64,000 nucleotides of DNA from an uncultured Myxococcales bacterium (lineage in GTDB: Bacteria; Myxococcota_A; UBA9042). The DNA is taken from positions 44,365 through 108,364 of the forward strand of contig CAIMEY010000075.1 in assembly GCA_903840165.1 (NCBI GenBank), in the 5' to 3' direction. Positions within the stretch are counted from its first letter, which is position 1; each line of letters starts with the position of its first letter. Of this stretch, positions 54,624-64,000 are shown piece after piece. The translations under genes and the position numbers were made by a program. The notes under the pieces are model-generated. The model did no database searches, was not told the DNA's origin, and worked only from the letters and a program-made list of their open reading frames with translations.

Positions 54624-54658
54624 AGAATCTATCTAGTTTGCTGTCCTGAGAGGTCTTG

Positions 54659-55405
54659 ATGAATTCCGCGCCTCAGCCCCATCTGCCGGTGGCGACTGCC
54701 CGCCAATTGCTCGACGCGTTGCTCTTGCGCGCCAAAGGGGCTCCGGTCCGGCCTTGGGTCGCTCTGGACCTGGATGGAACCCTCTTTGATAACCGTCCAA
54801 GAACGCTGGCAATTCTTCGGGCCTTTGCCCTGAGCTTGCGCGAAGAAGTCCCCGAACTGCAGCAGGCCGTACAGGACGTGCGCATCGAGCAACTGCAGTA
54901 CAGCCCCAGCCAGGCCGTGGCGGCTTTGGGATTGCCTCATGAAGATTTGCCTAATCGTTTCATGGCTTTTTGGCGCGATCGTTTCTTCACCAATGCGTGG
55001 CAGGCTCTTGATGCTGTGGAAGACGGCGCCGCTGCCTTTGCGCACGCACTGGTCGATGCGGACCTCGGCGTGGTGTACCTGACCGGCCGCGACCGCCCGG
55101 GGATGATGGCAGGTGTGCTGCATGGCCTTGATGTTCATGGGTTTCCGTTGATGACGGCGCAAACCCAGGTCGTGCTCAAGCCGAGCTTTGCGATGGGCGA
55201 CATCGAGTTCAAGCGCCAAGCTCTGGGGCAATTGACCCGCAATGGCGCGGTCCTCGGTCTGGTCGATAATGAGCCCGGCATCGTCAACATGGCCCTGGAA
55301 TTGGTGCCTGACCTGCTCGGCGTGCGGATTTGCCGGCCGGCGGCGCCCAATGCGGAGACATTGCGGCAAAACGCTTGGCAGATCGGTTCGTTCCTGCTGT
55401 CGTAG
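54659..55405 (+). CDS. HAD-superfamily hydrolase
   Basis: Motif I LDLDGTLFDN; GAGAGG RBS. Confidence 0.7.
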   Translation: MNSAPQPHLPVATARQLLDALLLRAKGAPVRPWVALDLDGTLFDNRPRTLAILRAFALSLREEVPELQQAVQDVRIEQLQYSPSQAVAALGLPHEDLPNRFMAFWRDRFFTNAWQALDAVEDGAAAFAHALVDADLGVVYLTGRDRPGMMAGVLHGLDVHGFPLMTAQTQVVLKPSFAMGDIEFKRQALGQLTRNGAVLGLVDNEPGIVNMALELVPDLLGVRICRPAAPNAETLRQNAWQIGSFLLS

Positions 55406-55602
55406 CAGCGTACCGGTCTGCGCCCGGTGTTGCCGGCGTCGCTGCGGCGATTGACACTGCGCCAGCAGATCTTTATGCTGCCGCCCCCGCTTGGGCCCTG
55501 CGGCGCGTAGGTTGCCGCAAGCAAGGCCAAATCAGGCCGCGTGAACCCGGACTGGCCCTCAGCCGTCCCGTGTAAACCTAGTGTTATTTCGGAGCTTTTG
55601 CC

Positions 55603-55869
55603 ATGACTGATGCCATCAACGCCCCGGCAGGCGACGCCGCTTTGGTTGCCCGCGTGCAGAACCACGGCTTCTCGCCCGTTGCCAGCCAATGCGTCGGCTG
55701 CGGCCACATCCGCCTTGTCGACGGCGTAGCCTACTGCAACAGCTACGCCAGCCCCGAAGCCAAGTGGCTGAGCGGCATGTGCAATTTCGCTACGCACGCC
55801 AAGATCGAACGCGTCAAGGAAGTCCGCTCGATCAATCCGTTGAAGGCGTCCAAGCGCGGCGGTAAGTAG
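55603..55869 (+). CDS. Small Cys4 zinc-ribbon-like protein
   Basis: CVGCGH...YC...MC arrangement; 88 aa; upstream of the enoyl-CoA hydratase gene. Confidence 0.45.
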   Translation: MTDAINAPAGDAALVARVQNHGFSPVASQCVGCGHIRLVDGVAYCNSYASPEAKWLSGMCNFATHAKIERVKEVRSINPLKASKRGGK

Positions 55870-55903
55870 TCGAAGTAGAACGCAATTCGCAAGCGAGGCA
55901 GCG

Positions 55904-56734
55904 ATGGCCGAGGCCACTGTGGTGCGCAGCGAGGGTTCCGATCCAGGCCAAGCCAGCGACGACCTCGTTACCCGCGAGGACGACGGTGCGGTGGCGATCT
56001 TGCGCGTCAACCGTCCCAAGGCCCTCAACGCCTTGGACGCGGCGACGCTGCGGCGGATTGGTGAGCGAATTGCCGAAGTTGGCGCTGATGATGCGGTGCG
56101 GGCCCTGGTCCTCACGGGCAGTGGCACCAAGGCCTTCGTCGCCGGTGCGGACATCGCGGCCCTGCGCGACATGAATCCCGAACAAGCAAGCGCCTTTTCG
56201 CGACTCGGTGGCGGCGTTTTCCGCCAGCTGGAGCGCCTGGGCAAACCGACCCTGGCGGCCATCAACGGCTTTGCCCTGGGCGGCGGCTTGGAACTAGCCC
56301 TTGGCTGCGACGTGCTGTTGGCGGCTGACCATGCCAAATTTGGCTTGCCTGAAGTGACGTTAGGCGTCATTCCTGGCTTTGGCGGCACCCAGCGCATGGC
56401 CCGCCTGATCGGTGCCAATGCGGCGCGGCTTTGGGTCATGTCCGGGGAAATCTTTAGCGCTCAAGAGGCTTTGCGCCTGGGTTTGGTCTACAGCCTCCAC
56501 GAGCCCGAGGCGCTGCTGCCGGCCGCGATCGCCTGGGCGCACAAGATGGCCAGCCGTGGTCCCCTGGCTGTCGCAGCCGCCAAATCGGTGATTGACCGCG
56601 GCTTGGACCTCGGTTTGGATGCGGCAATTGAGCTTGAATCTCAAGCCTTTGGTCAGTGTTTTGCCACAGCCGATCAGCGCGAAGGCATGGACGCCTTCTT
56701 GGCCAAGCGCCGCCCTGAATTCCGCGGCCAGTAG
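55904..56734 (+). CDS. Enoyl-CoA hydratase/isomerase (crotonase family)
   Basis: LTGSGTKAFVAGADI, oxyanion-hole GFALGGGLELAL, FGLPEVTLGVIPGFGGTQR. Confidence 0.85.
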   Translation: MAEATVVRSEGSDPGQASDDLVTREDDGAVAILRVNRPKALNALDAATLRRIGERIAEVGADDAVRALVLTGSGTKAFVAGADIAALRDMNPEQASAFSRLGGGVFRQLERLGKPTLAAINGFALGGGLELALGCDVLLAADHAKFGLPEVTLGVIPGFGGTQRMARLIGANAARLWVMSGEIFSAQEALRLGLVYSLHEPEALLPAAIAWAHKMASRGPLAVAAAKSVIDRGLDLGLDAAIELESQAFGQCFATADQREGMDAFLAKRRPEFRGQ

Positions 56735-56770
56735 GCCCATCCGCCCGTCATTCGATCTCAGAACGACCCG

Positions 56771-58900
56771 CTACGGCGTCGCGCGCTTGGGCCCAGGCCT
56801 CACGCGGGTCAGTGCCCCCACCTCCGCTGGATCCGTAATCGGCTCCTGCTCTTGGCGCAGGATCAGGCGGTGCTCGGGGCGGTGACCGTCGATGTGCACG
56901 CGGCGGCGAATTTCCCGACCGTCGTAGCGGATATGCAGCAAGTGCTCTCCGGGCGTTACAGCCAGGAACTTCGCGGGTTTATGCGCGGGCACGGTGACCA
57001 GGGGCGCATCATCCAGGGCAGCTACGACCGAAGTGCTCTGGCCCGCCAACTCCACCACAACAGTGACCGTTTCCCGAGTCGGCGTCGGTAGTTCCACCTG
57101 TTGGGCGGGCACAGCCTGGCCATTCCAGACCTGTTGGCGCTGGCTGGTCGTATCGAGCACTTGCACCGACAACTGCCCTGGGTCAATCGGCAATTGCTGG
57201 CGCTTGCCCGGAGCCACAGTGGCCAAGGTCTCGCCGTGGACGACGATCGCCAATTCTGCCCGTCCTTTGTCGGCCTTGTAGCAATTCCCCTTCTCTTTAG
57301 CACAGTTTCCGAGCCGCATCGCCGCATCGATCGCGCCAAAGTGTACCGTCCGCACGTCCCCATCGCGCAGGACAACAGTGCCCTCTGCCAGCAGACCTGA
57401 GCGAACACCGCGTACGGACAGCGGATGCACGCCTGCCTGCACGTCAAAGCGCAAATCCTTGCCCGGTGCCACTTGGCCGCGCGTGAAGTGGTCCAGGGCG
57501 ATCACGACGGCCTCGCGGGCATCATTGTGCACCGTGACCGCCGTAATGGCCGCGCGCACGTCCCAGGAGACAGAAGTCCCTGGTTTGCCCCAAATGCCCG
57601 TTTTTACATGGCGATTGCTACCCTGCAGCTCTGCTTCCACAGCGATCCGCCCGGCCGGAACCTCACTGTGCTCGGTCTGACCCTGGGCCAACTGCCACGC
57701 GCCCACGCCCGTGATCGCCACGAGCGCGGCTTCTCCTGACGTATTGCGGATGTACAGGCTCACCGTGGGCCTGCGGACGACCCAAGTTTTCTCCGCGGGG
57801 TCCTGCTTGGCGATCATGTCGAGCTTGTAGTTGAGATTGGAGTCCAACCCCTTCAGCTTTAAGCCAAATGTCTTGCGCGGTAGCCACCAATCGACGCGGT
57901 GCTTGGCCAGCACGACCGTGCCAAATTCCATCAGTGCGGCAGGCAATTGCAGGTCCTCGCCGCTTTGATTGTCTACGTGCACCAGGACTTCGGCCGATCG
58001 TTCATCCTCGGCCAGTCCCGTGGTCGTGGTCAGGGTCAGTTCGCTGCGGTTACCATCGGCCAGGCTAATAAGAAATGCTTTGTGTTTACCTGGCATTAAG
58101 CCAAGAAGTTGCACCTTCTGGTGCGCATCCAGGGTGCCCCAGCTGTGGCCGTCGATCAGGACCTGCACTGCGTCCGCAGTGTGATTCAAGAGTTCCGTTG
58201 TAGTTGCCAGGGGTTGTAGAATGATGCGCGACGTCTCGCCGGCCCGGGTCTGCAGTTCCATGGGGCGCCACTGCCTACCATGCTTGCCGCGGGCCAGCAG
58301 TTTGTGATCGCCGGGCGCGATCGGCCCCAGCAGGTAGGTCTGCCCGGGCTTGACCTTGCCCGCGCTGCTGCCATCGAGCGTGAGCAACTGGGCATCACCA
58401 CTATGATTGACCAGTTCCACGCTGCCGCCCGGCTCTCGCAGCACCACAGTCCGGCCGCGCAGACCTGTGACGATCGCCGTGCCACTGAGTAGCCAACCCT
58501 TGAAATCGGCTCGTGGTTTTGCCTCCGCGCGCCACGTTGTCTTGGCTTGCTTGACGCAGGTGCGCGCTGTGCCCAGGCCCAGTAACTGCCGCTTGGCCGA
58601 GTTATCTACCTGAATTTCCAGAACTTCCTGAGTCTCATTGCGCAGCAGCAGGCTATGGACGCAGCCACGGGCATCAGCTGTCTCGGCGGCTTGTGGTTGG
58701 ATTCCGGCACTGCGATTCTTGTGGCGCGGATGGGGCTTGGCTTGCAGCGGCGTTGCAGCCAACAGGCCCAGGATCAGCAGTGCGCTTAAGTAGCGGAGGC
58801 GTTGAGGCGGGAGGGGGCCAAACCTCTGCTGTCCTCGCTTGTCCACTGCGCCAACCATGCGTCCACTCTGGCCTTTATACAATCGCGCGTCAACTTTCAC
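56771..58900 (-). CDS. Large secreted hypothetical protein (repetitive beta-rich)
   Basis: Signal LRYLSALLILGLLAATPLQA; start may be the internal ATG at 58858; no known domain. Confidence 0.5.
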   Translation of the reverse strand: MKVDARLYKGQSGRMVGAVDKRGQQRFGPLPPQRLRYLSALLILGLLAATPLQAKPHPRHKNRSAGIQPQAAETADARGCVHSLLLRNETQEVLEIQVDNSAKRQLLGLGTARTCVKQAKTTWRAEAKPRADFKGWLLSGTAIVTGLRGRTVVLREPGGSVELVNHSGDAQLLTLDGSSAGKVKPGQTYLLGPIAPGDHKLLARGKHGRQWRPMELQTRAGETSRIILQPLATTTELLNHTADAVQVLIDGHSWGTLDAHQKVQLLGLMPGKHKAFLISLADGNRSELTLTTTTGLAEDERSAEVLVHVDNQSGEDLQLPAALMEFGTVVLAKHRVDWWLPRKTFGLKLKGLDSNLNYKLDMIAKQDPAEKTWVVRRPTVSLYIRNTSGEAALVAITGVGAWQLAQGQTEHSEVPAGRIAVEAELQGSNRHVKTGIWGKPGTSVSWDVRAAITAVTVHNDAREAVVIALDHFTRGQVAPGKDLRFDVQAGVHPLSVRGVRSGLLAEGTVVLRDGDVRTVHFGAIDAAMRLGNCAKEKGNCYKADKGRAELAIVVHGETLATVAPGKRQQLPIDPGQLSVQVLDTTSQRQQVWNGQAVPAQQVELPTPTRETVTVVVELAGQSTSVVAALDDAPLVTVPAHKPAKFLAVTPGEHLLHIRYDGREIRRRVHIDGHRPEHRLILRQEQEPITDPAEVGALTRVRPGPKRATP

Positions 58901-58941
58901 CGGGTTGCCCCATCGCCGGCGGCCGGCGTTCGCACTTTGGT

Positions 58942-60261
58942 CTAACTCCCCGCACCGTCAAAAAGTTCCTCAACAAAGAGAGCTGCGTCAAAATCTCGCA
59001 AATCACTCATCTTTTCGCCGACGCCGATCAGTTTGACCGGTAGGCCAATGCCGCTAGCGATGGCAAGGACCACGCCGCCCTTGGCCGTTCCGTCGAGTTT
59101 GGTCAGAACAATGCCAGTCACCGGCACAGATTCGCGAAATAATTCAGCCTGTTTAACGGCATTCTGGCCCATGGTCGCGTCAAGCACGAGTAGCGTCTCA
59201 TGGGGCGCTCCAGGCAGCGCCTTGGCAGAAACGCGTGCACATTTGGAGAGTTCCTCCATCAGGCCCTGGTTGGTATGCAGTCGCCCGGCGGTGTCGAGGA
59301 TAACTAGGTCAAATCCCTCCGCTTTAGCCCGCTCGATGGCCGCGAAACAAACGCTGGCTGGATCGGCATTTTCCTTGCCGCGGTGGATGGGGACGTCGGC
59401 GCGTTGGCACCAGACTTCCAACTGGTCGACTGCGGCGGCGCGAAACGTATCAGCAGCCGCCACCAGAACCTTGTGGCCCTCTTTGCTGTAGCGATGCGCC
59501 AACTTACCGATGCTCGTCGTCTTGCCCGAGCCGTTGACGCCCACCACCATGATCACGGCCGGCCCTTGGGCCACCCGCGTCACCACCGGCGCTTGCCCCA
59601 CTTTATCTAGCAATTGCTGGGTCTTTTCTCGCAGCGTCTTCCACACGTGGGCCGGATTGGCCAGCTCTTTGCGACTCGAAGCATCCTTGAGAGATTGCAG
59701 CAGTTCATGGGTCGTCTTGACGCCTAAGTCTGCACGAAGCAAGACTTCTTCGATCTCTTCGTACAGCGATTCGTCGATCTGCTTGCCCGCGAACAGTTTG
59801 CCTAGACGGGCGATAAAGCCCTCAGCTTTGGTCTTCTGCAGGCCTTGGGCCAAGGCCGCCTTCTGTTCTCTGGCAGAAGAATCGCCTGCCATCTCAGCAG
59901 CTTTACGCAGGGCGGCCAGGGCTTCATGCTCGGCCTGATCCTTGGCGATCTGTCTCGCCTGCTCGGGCGTGATCTTGACCGCTTGCCCATCGGCGGACAG
60001 CTTGATCGACCCGGCCTGTTCGCGGTGTTTTTTCCTTTCAGCAGAAGTACTTGCCCCATCATCTTGCTCAGCTCCAGGCCGCGCAAGTTTCGCCGTGTGG
60101 TCCGGTCGCTGTGCAGGTGGCTTGCGCAGGAGTAGCCAAGCACCCACAGCCACAACCGCAAGCACTGCCAGGGCAATTAGGCCTCCGTGGCCGCCGCCAT
60201 CGCTTGCCGGCATTTGGGCCAGGGGCAGGGCGCACAGGGCGTGGATGATGGGCAAACTCAT
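58942..60261 (-). CDS. ftsY: Signal-recognition-particle receptor FtsY with N-terminal membrane anchor
   Basis: NG domain GVNGSGKTTSIGKL, DTAGR, TKLDGTAKGG; ATG 60261 after AAGGAG; N-terminal TM LIALAVLAVVAVGAWLLL and acidic/Lys-rich A-domain; ORF extension to 60627 is spurious. Confidence 0.85.
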   Translation of the reverse strand: MSLPIIHALCALPLAQMPASDGGGHGGLIALAVLAVVAVGAWLLLRKPPAQRPDHTAKLARPGAEQDDGASTSAERKKHREQAGSIKLSADGQAVKITPEQARQIAKDQAEHEALAALRKAAEMAGDSSAREQKAALAQGLQKTKAEGFIARLGKLFAGKQIDESLYEEIEEVLLRADLGVKTTHELLQSLKDASSRKELANPAHVWKTLREKTQQLLDKVGQAPVVTRVAQGPAVIMVVGVNGSGKTTSIGKLAHRYSKEGHKVLVAAADTFRAAAVDQLEVWCQRADVPIHRGKENADPASVCFAAIERAKAEGFDLVILDTAGRLHTNQGLMEELSKCARVSAKALPGAPHETLLVLDATMGQNAVKQAELFRESVPVTGIVLTKLDGTAKGGVVLAIASGIGLPVKLIGVGEKMSDLRDFDAALFVEELFDGAGS

Positions 60262-60521
60262 GGGGCTCCTTTGTGCTATGCCCAGGAAAATACAAAAGAA
60301 AGAGAGCAGACGTGGCACACCCTTGTGGCAAGAGGTCCGGGCCATCGGCGCGGCAAGGTAGGATGGATGGTGCCGCCAAGCAAGCCACCAGCGTGGGCGT
60401 CGGCGTGCCCCAGTGCCAAGATCGGAACACTTCGGGTATCTTCGCTGTACCCAGGGCGAATCGGGCTTGAGCGCCGTGGGCGCGTTTTCCTTGGCACAAG
60501 GACATAAAGGGCTGGCCGCAG

Positions 60522-61778
60522 ATGCAGCGAATGATCGCAAATAGCTTATGGTTCGCTTTGGTTGCGCTGTTGCCGACAGCCGTGGCTGTGGCTGAGCCGG
60601 TACTTCCGGCCGGGCAAGAAGCGGCAATCGGCCAATTGCTGGGTGAAGGCGCGGAGTTGGCAGGCTGCCGACTGATCGATGCGCGCATCGACCGTGACCG
60701 AATCGACGGGCGCTACCATTGTCAGTCGGCGGGGCAGGAGCCCGTGGATGTTGCCACCGTCTGGCGGCACGCCGGCGTCGCTGATCCCAACACGCGAGCG
60801 GCCGGGCCTTGGTCCCTGGTTTTAACCCCAGAATTCGAACCTTTGCGCACTGTCCTGACCCAGCGAATCATCGACCTTGGCGACAAAGTGCATTGGCAGG
60901 AACCCCAAGCGGCACCCACGGTTGCCCCGGTTCAGCGCGATCAACCCTCGGCCGCGGCGTTGCGCCCCATGTCGCCCCAAGCCAAGGCGGCGTATGAGCG
61001 CAGCGAACAGATGCTGCATGATGGAAAACTCCTTGAGATCGTAGACTTGCTTCGACCATTCGCCGCCAAAGAGCCGCACCCGTGGTTGATTGGCCGTATC
61101 GTTGTGGGCGCGGCGGCTCAGGCCAGTGGGCCCGATGGTGTCGCCACGGTCGATCGCTGGATGGCGCAGGCCGATGCCCATCGGGACGACGATTTGGCAC
61201 AGTTCTTGGCCGGTGTGGCGGTGCATTATCGGGGCCATTTGCGGGCGTCGTCGCGCGAAGAAAAGCTGCGTGATTACAACCTTGCCCTGCAGTATTTGGG
61301 CCGTGTAACCCAGCGATTTGGCGACAGTCCTCGCCTTTGGATCTACCTCGCGGTGAGTCAGCTGCGCACTGGCCATCAAGCGGAGGCGGAAGCGGCCATA
61401 GGCCAGGCTGTGGCCCACGATGACGGTGCCGACGCCGACATTTACTATTGCCGCGCCGAGGTTTACCACCGCAAGAACCCCGTGCAAGCCCTGCGCGACA
61501 TCGAGCGCTATGAATCGATGATGGCTGCCAACAAGACGGGCGGTGCCTGGGTTGCCGCCAAAAAAGAGTCACGTGTCAAGCACATGCACGACGTGATGAC
61601 CGACGTGGCTGCGGGGCGACGCGTGGTCGGCGATGAGGAACTGTTCGACCCGATTCTCGGCAGCGGTCGACCGCCGTGGATGCAGCTGGGCCCCGCAGAA
61701 ATCAGCGGAATTGTGCTGGTTTTGGCGGCGCTTGCCTTGCTGCTGCGTCGTCGGCTCAGGCCACCTCGGGGCGCTTAG
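60522..61778 (+). CDS. Secreted helical (TPR-like) protein with C-terminal hydrophobic segment plus Arg cluster
   Basis: Signal MQRMIANSLWFALVALLPTAVAVA; C-terminus ISGIVLVLAALALLLRRRLRPPRGA. Confidence 0.55.
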   Translation: MQRMIANSLWFALVALLPTAVAVAEPVLPAGQEAAIGQLLGEGAELAGCRLIDARIDRDRIDGRYHCQSAGQEPVDVATVWRHAGVADPNTRAAGPWSLVLTPEFEPLRTVLTQRIIDLGDKVHWQEPQAAPTVAPVQRDQPSAAALRPMSPQAKAAYERSEQMLHDGKLLEIVDLLRPFAAKEPHPWLIGRIVVGAAAQASGPDGVATVDRWMAQADAHRDDDLAQFLAGVAVHYRGHLRASSREEKLRDYNLALQYLGRVTQRFGDSPRLWIYLAVSQLRTGHQAEAEAAIGQAVAHDDGADADIYYCRAEVYHRKNPVQALRDIERYESMMAANKTGGAWVAAKKESRVKHMHDVMTDVAAGRRVVGDEELFDPILGSGRPPWMQLGPAEISGIVLVLAALALLLRRRLRPPRGA

Positions 61779-63896
61779 ATGCAGATGCGCGCTTGGGGCC
61801 TAGGGCTGCTGCTCAGTTGCTTGGTGGCGCTGCCTGTAAGTGCTGAAGAATTGCCGGGTTTTGTCCGTCAATTGCTGGCCGGTTCACAGCAGGCCGCGGC
61901 GCCGGATCTGGCGGGCCATCACCTCGTGCGGGCCCAAGCGCAGGGCGGGACTTATCGGACCGTGTGGCGGCCGTTGCAGCCGCCTGCAGCGCCAGAGGTC
62001 GTGATTGTTCTAGCGCCAAGGCCGCCGGATCAGCCGGCTTTTGCCCTGACGCCGTCTTTTCGCGTGTCCTTTGAACTGCCGCATCAGCCCGGGCAAATTA
62101 GCCAAACGCCGCCGGAGGTTCAGGCCCTCACCCAAGCGGTGCGCGACGCGGTGGCGGCCCACGATCCCGGGCAGTTGGTGCTGCCGGTGGCCAAGGCGTC
62201 GAGCCATGGGCTCAATCAGGCGCAGTTTCGTCCAGAAATTCAAGCAGATCGCTGGTTGCGCCTTGGTACCTGGGGCCTGCTCTGGCTGGGGCTCCTCGCG
62301 CTGTCGGTCATTGTCGGCGCTTCGATTTCGGAACTACTTGAACTAAGAAAAGAATCTCCTCGAATCGCAGTTTGGCTGGGCGCCGTCTTGGTCCTTGCCA
62401 CCTTGGCGCGGGCCCTGGTGCCGCAGCGGCTGGTGATGGCGCACATGGGCCATGAACTCCTTGCTTCAGCTCAGCAATTGACGCCGCCGCTCAAGTACGG
62501 TCCAGCCGCACAGCAGTGGCTCCATGTATGGCTGCAATGGACGGGAGGCGGTTGGCCAGCGGCAGTGGCGCTCAATCAGGCTTGTGCGGTCCTGCAACTG
62601 CCTATTTTGGCAGCCTTGTTGCCAAAGTTGGGGGCTCAGCCACGGGCTGTGCTGCTCGCGCTACTGGCCGTGGGGCTCGCCCCAGTGCTGGTCCATGATG
62701 CCGCAAGCGAAAGCATTCTGGTGCCCGCGATGACGGCCGTGCTTGCGGCGTCTTGGGCCCTGGTGACCCACCTGCGCACGGGGCAGCGCTGGCCCCTTCT
62801 GGCGGCGTGGACCCTGGGTCTGGTGGCGATGTTGGCCCGTCCCGAGCTCCTGGCGCTGGTTCCGGCGACCGCCATGGTCCTCTGGGCGCTGACGCCGCCG
62901 CCGCGTCGATTTGCGTGGCGTTGGGCGGTTCTGGGCCTTTTGCTGGCGACCGTCGTGCTGGCGCTGCGCTGGCAACAGGTGACGGCGAGCCTCGAGGTGG
63001 AGAGGCAACTTGGCAATACGCCTCGTATTTTCTCCAATTTGACCCTGACCCGCGCTTGGCATTTGCTGGTCAAGGCTTATTGGCGCAAGAACGGCCTGCT
63101 GTGGCCGGAGATGGTTCCGGCCGCGCTCTGGCTGGGGCTCGGGCTGGGTTTTTGCGCGATGCGACGTCCTTTGTCGCAGCAGACCCGTCTATGGCTGGGC
63201 CTGGCCCTGCTGAGCGCTGGATACCTCCTGCCTACCCCATTGGATTTACCGTGGATTTCTGTGTCGCGGGTTCAGGCGCCGGCCATGCTTTGGGCGCTGG
63301 CCGCCTCCGGTGTGGCGTTGGCCTGTTGGCTAGATAAGGCGCCACGTCATCGTTGGATAACCAGTAGTATCGCAGTCTTAGCTCTGGCTTCGGCGCTGTG
63401 GACGGTGCCGCTTCTGTGGCGCGTCGATTTGCAGACCGCGGAGGAATCTGCGCTGCGGCAGGCCTTGGCCTTGCTGCCACACGCGCCCGCTACAGTGCTG
63501 ACGCGCAGTCACGATGACCTGCCAGACGAGCGGATTCACTTGGGTTTTCCCGATTCCTTGCTGCCACCCCAGGTGGCGACTGGCGCGCTTGCTGACGCCC
63601 TGTCCGGTGCCGTGCAGCCTGGGCAGGATGGTCTTGTTTACGCGTGGTTGGGGACGCGTTGCTACCAGCGGGATTGCTCGGCCCAAGGCGTGCATCCGGC
63701 TTGTGCCGCGATTCTAAAGCAGTTTTACTTGCGCCCGGTGTGGACCGGCCAGGTAGACGTGCAACATTTGGACCTGCCGAGCGCGTTTGGCGGCGGCACG
63801 GACGACCCGTATCGCACAAAGCGCGACCTCGATTTTCCATGGTGCGTCCAGCAATCCAGCATTCCGCTTGGACTTTACGCACTGACGCCGCGCTAG
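61779..63896 (+). CDS. Polytopic membrane protein, possibly GT-C-type (ArnT/PMT-like) glycosyltransferase
   Basis: Signal/TM1 then at least 10 predicted TM helices with large loops; stop of the upstream gene overlaps the start (TAGATG). Confidence 0.5.
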   Translation: MQMRAWGLGLLLSCLVALPVSAEELPGFVRQLLAGSQQAAAPDLAGHHLVRAQAQGGTYRTVWRPLQPPAAPEVVIVLAPRPPDQPAFALTPSFRVSFELPHQPGQISQTPPEVQALTQAVRDAVAAHDPGQLVLPVAKASSHGLNQAQFRPEIQADRWLRLGTWGLLWLGLLALSVIVGASISELLELRKESPRIAVWLGAVLVLATLARALVPQRLVMAHMGHELLASAQQLTPPLKYGPAAQQWLHVWLQWTGGGWPAAVALNQACAVLQLPILAALLPKLGAQPRAVLLALLAVGLAPVLVHDAASESILVPAMTAVLAASWALVTHLRTGQRWPLLAAWTLGLVAMLARPELLALVPATAMVLWALTPPPRRFAWRWAVLGLLLATVVLALRWQQVTASLEVERQLGNTPRIFSNLTLTRAWHLLVKAYWRKNGLLWPEMVPAALWLGLGLGFCAMRRPLSQQTRLWLGLALLSAGYLLPTPLDLPWISVSRVQAPAMLWALAASGVALACWLDKAPRHRWITSSIAVLALASALWTVPLLWRVDLQTAEESALRQALALLPHAPATVLTRSHDDLPDERIHLGFPDSLLPPQVATGALADALSGAVQPGQDGLVYAWLGTRCYQRDCSAQGVHPACAAILKQFYLRPVWTGQVDVQHLDLPSAFGGGTDDPYRTKRDLDFPWCVQQSSIPLGLYALTPR

Positions 63897-64000
63897 GAGA
63901 GGTGGGCGGTTGGGCGGCGCGCGTTGCAGGTCTTTGCGCTGCGTTGCCAAGACTTCGACCTCGCGTGCATCATGCGGCCCGGGCCGTTGCAGAGGGTGGT

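Noticed and set aside
54625-54650. tctagtttgc after gene 53508-54623, resembling the tail of the 80-nt repeat
   Set aside because: Only about 9 nt match, without the hairpin arms.
1-64000. Scan for tRNA/rRNA, CRISPR arrays, IS elements, integrases, toxin-antitoxin pairs
   Set aside because: No T-loop-like GGTTCGAATCC motifs in the non-coding gaps, no regularly spaced direct repeats, no transposase or recombinase-like ORFs were seen.

Overview
High-GC (~63%) bacterial chromosomal window carrying about 47 protein-coding genes and no rRNA, tRNA, CRISPR array, transposase or integrase. A Myxococcota origin is inferred from several lines of evidence: a MYXO-CTERM-like C-terminal sorting tail, many 'Myxococcus cysteine-rich repeat' secreted lipoproteins, a sigma54 enhancer-binding regulator with matching -24/-12 promoters, and animal-type ether-lipid genes. 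Recognisable content: a divergent bacillithiol locus (bshB partial, bshC, bshA), a GGDEF-hemerythrin cyclase, an operon encoding AGPS, a FAR1-GNPAT fusion and a short-chain reductase (plasmanyl ether-lipid synthesis), an IMPase, a DUF2169-like giant protein, an M2 (ACE-like) peptidase, an NtrB/NtrC-like two-component system, a DEAD-box helicase, FtsY, enoyl-CoA hydratase, a radical-SAM enzyme, a dual-specificity phosphatase, Grx2/GST and HAD hydrolase, plus at least seven Cys-rich secreted/lipoproteins. The best candidate for an undescribed system is a sigma54-promoted operon (28976-35200) encoding a PqqD-like peptide-chaperone protein, an ATP-grasp ligase, a DAP/Orn-type PLP decarboxylase, a urea-transporter-like membrane domain fused to an M23 peptidase, and an outer-membrane beta-barrel. 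It lies directly downstream of the sigma54 activator and of a second sigma54-promoted pair (a CGGC-motif MYXO-CTERM protein plus a methyltransferase lipoprotein). Other findings include an ~80-nt hairpin-containing element present twice, abutting the stop codons of two minus-strand genes, and a Kazal-repeat lipoprotein ending in a phage-tailspike-type (S74) intramolecular-chaperone domain.
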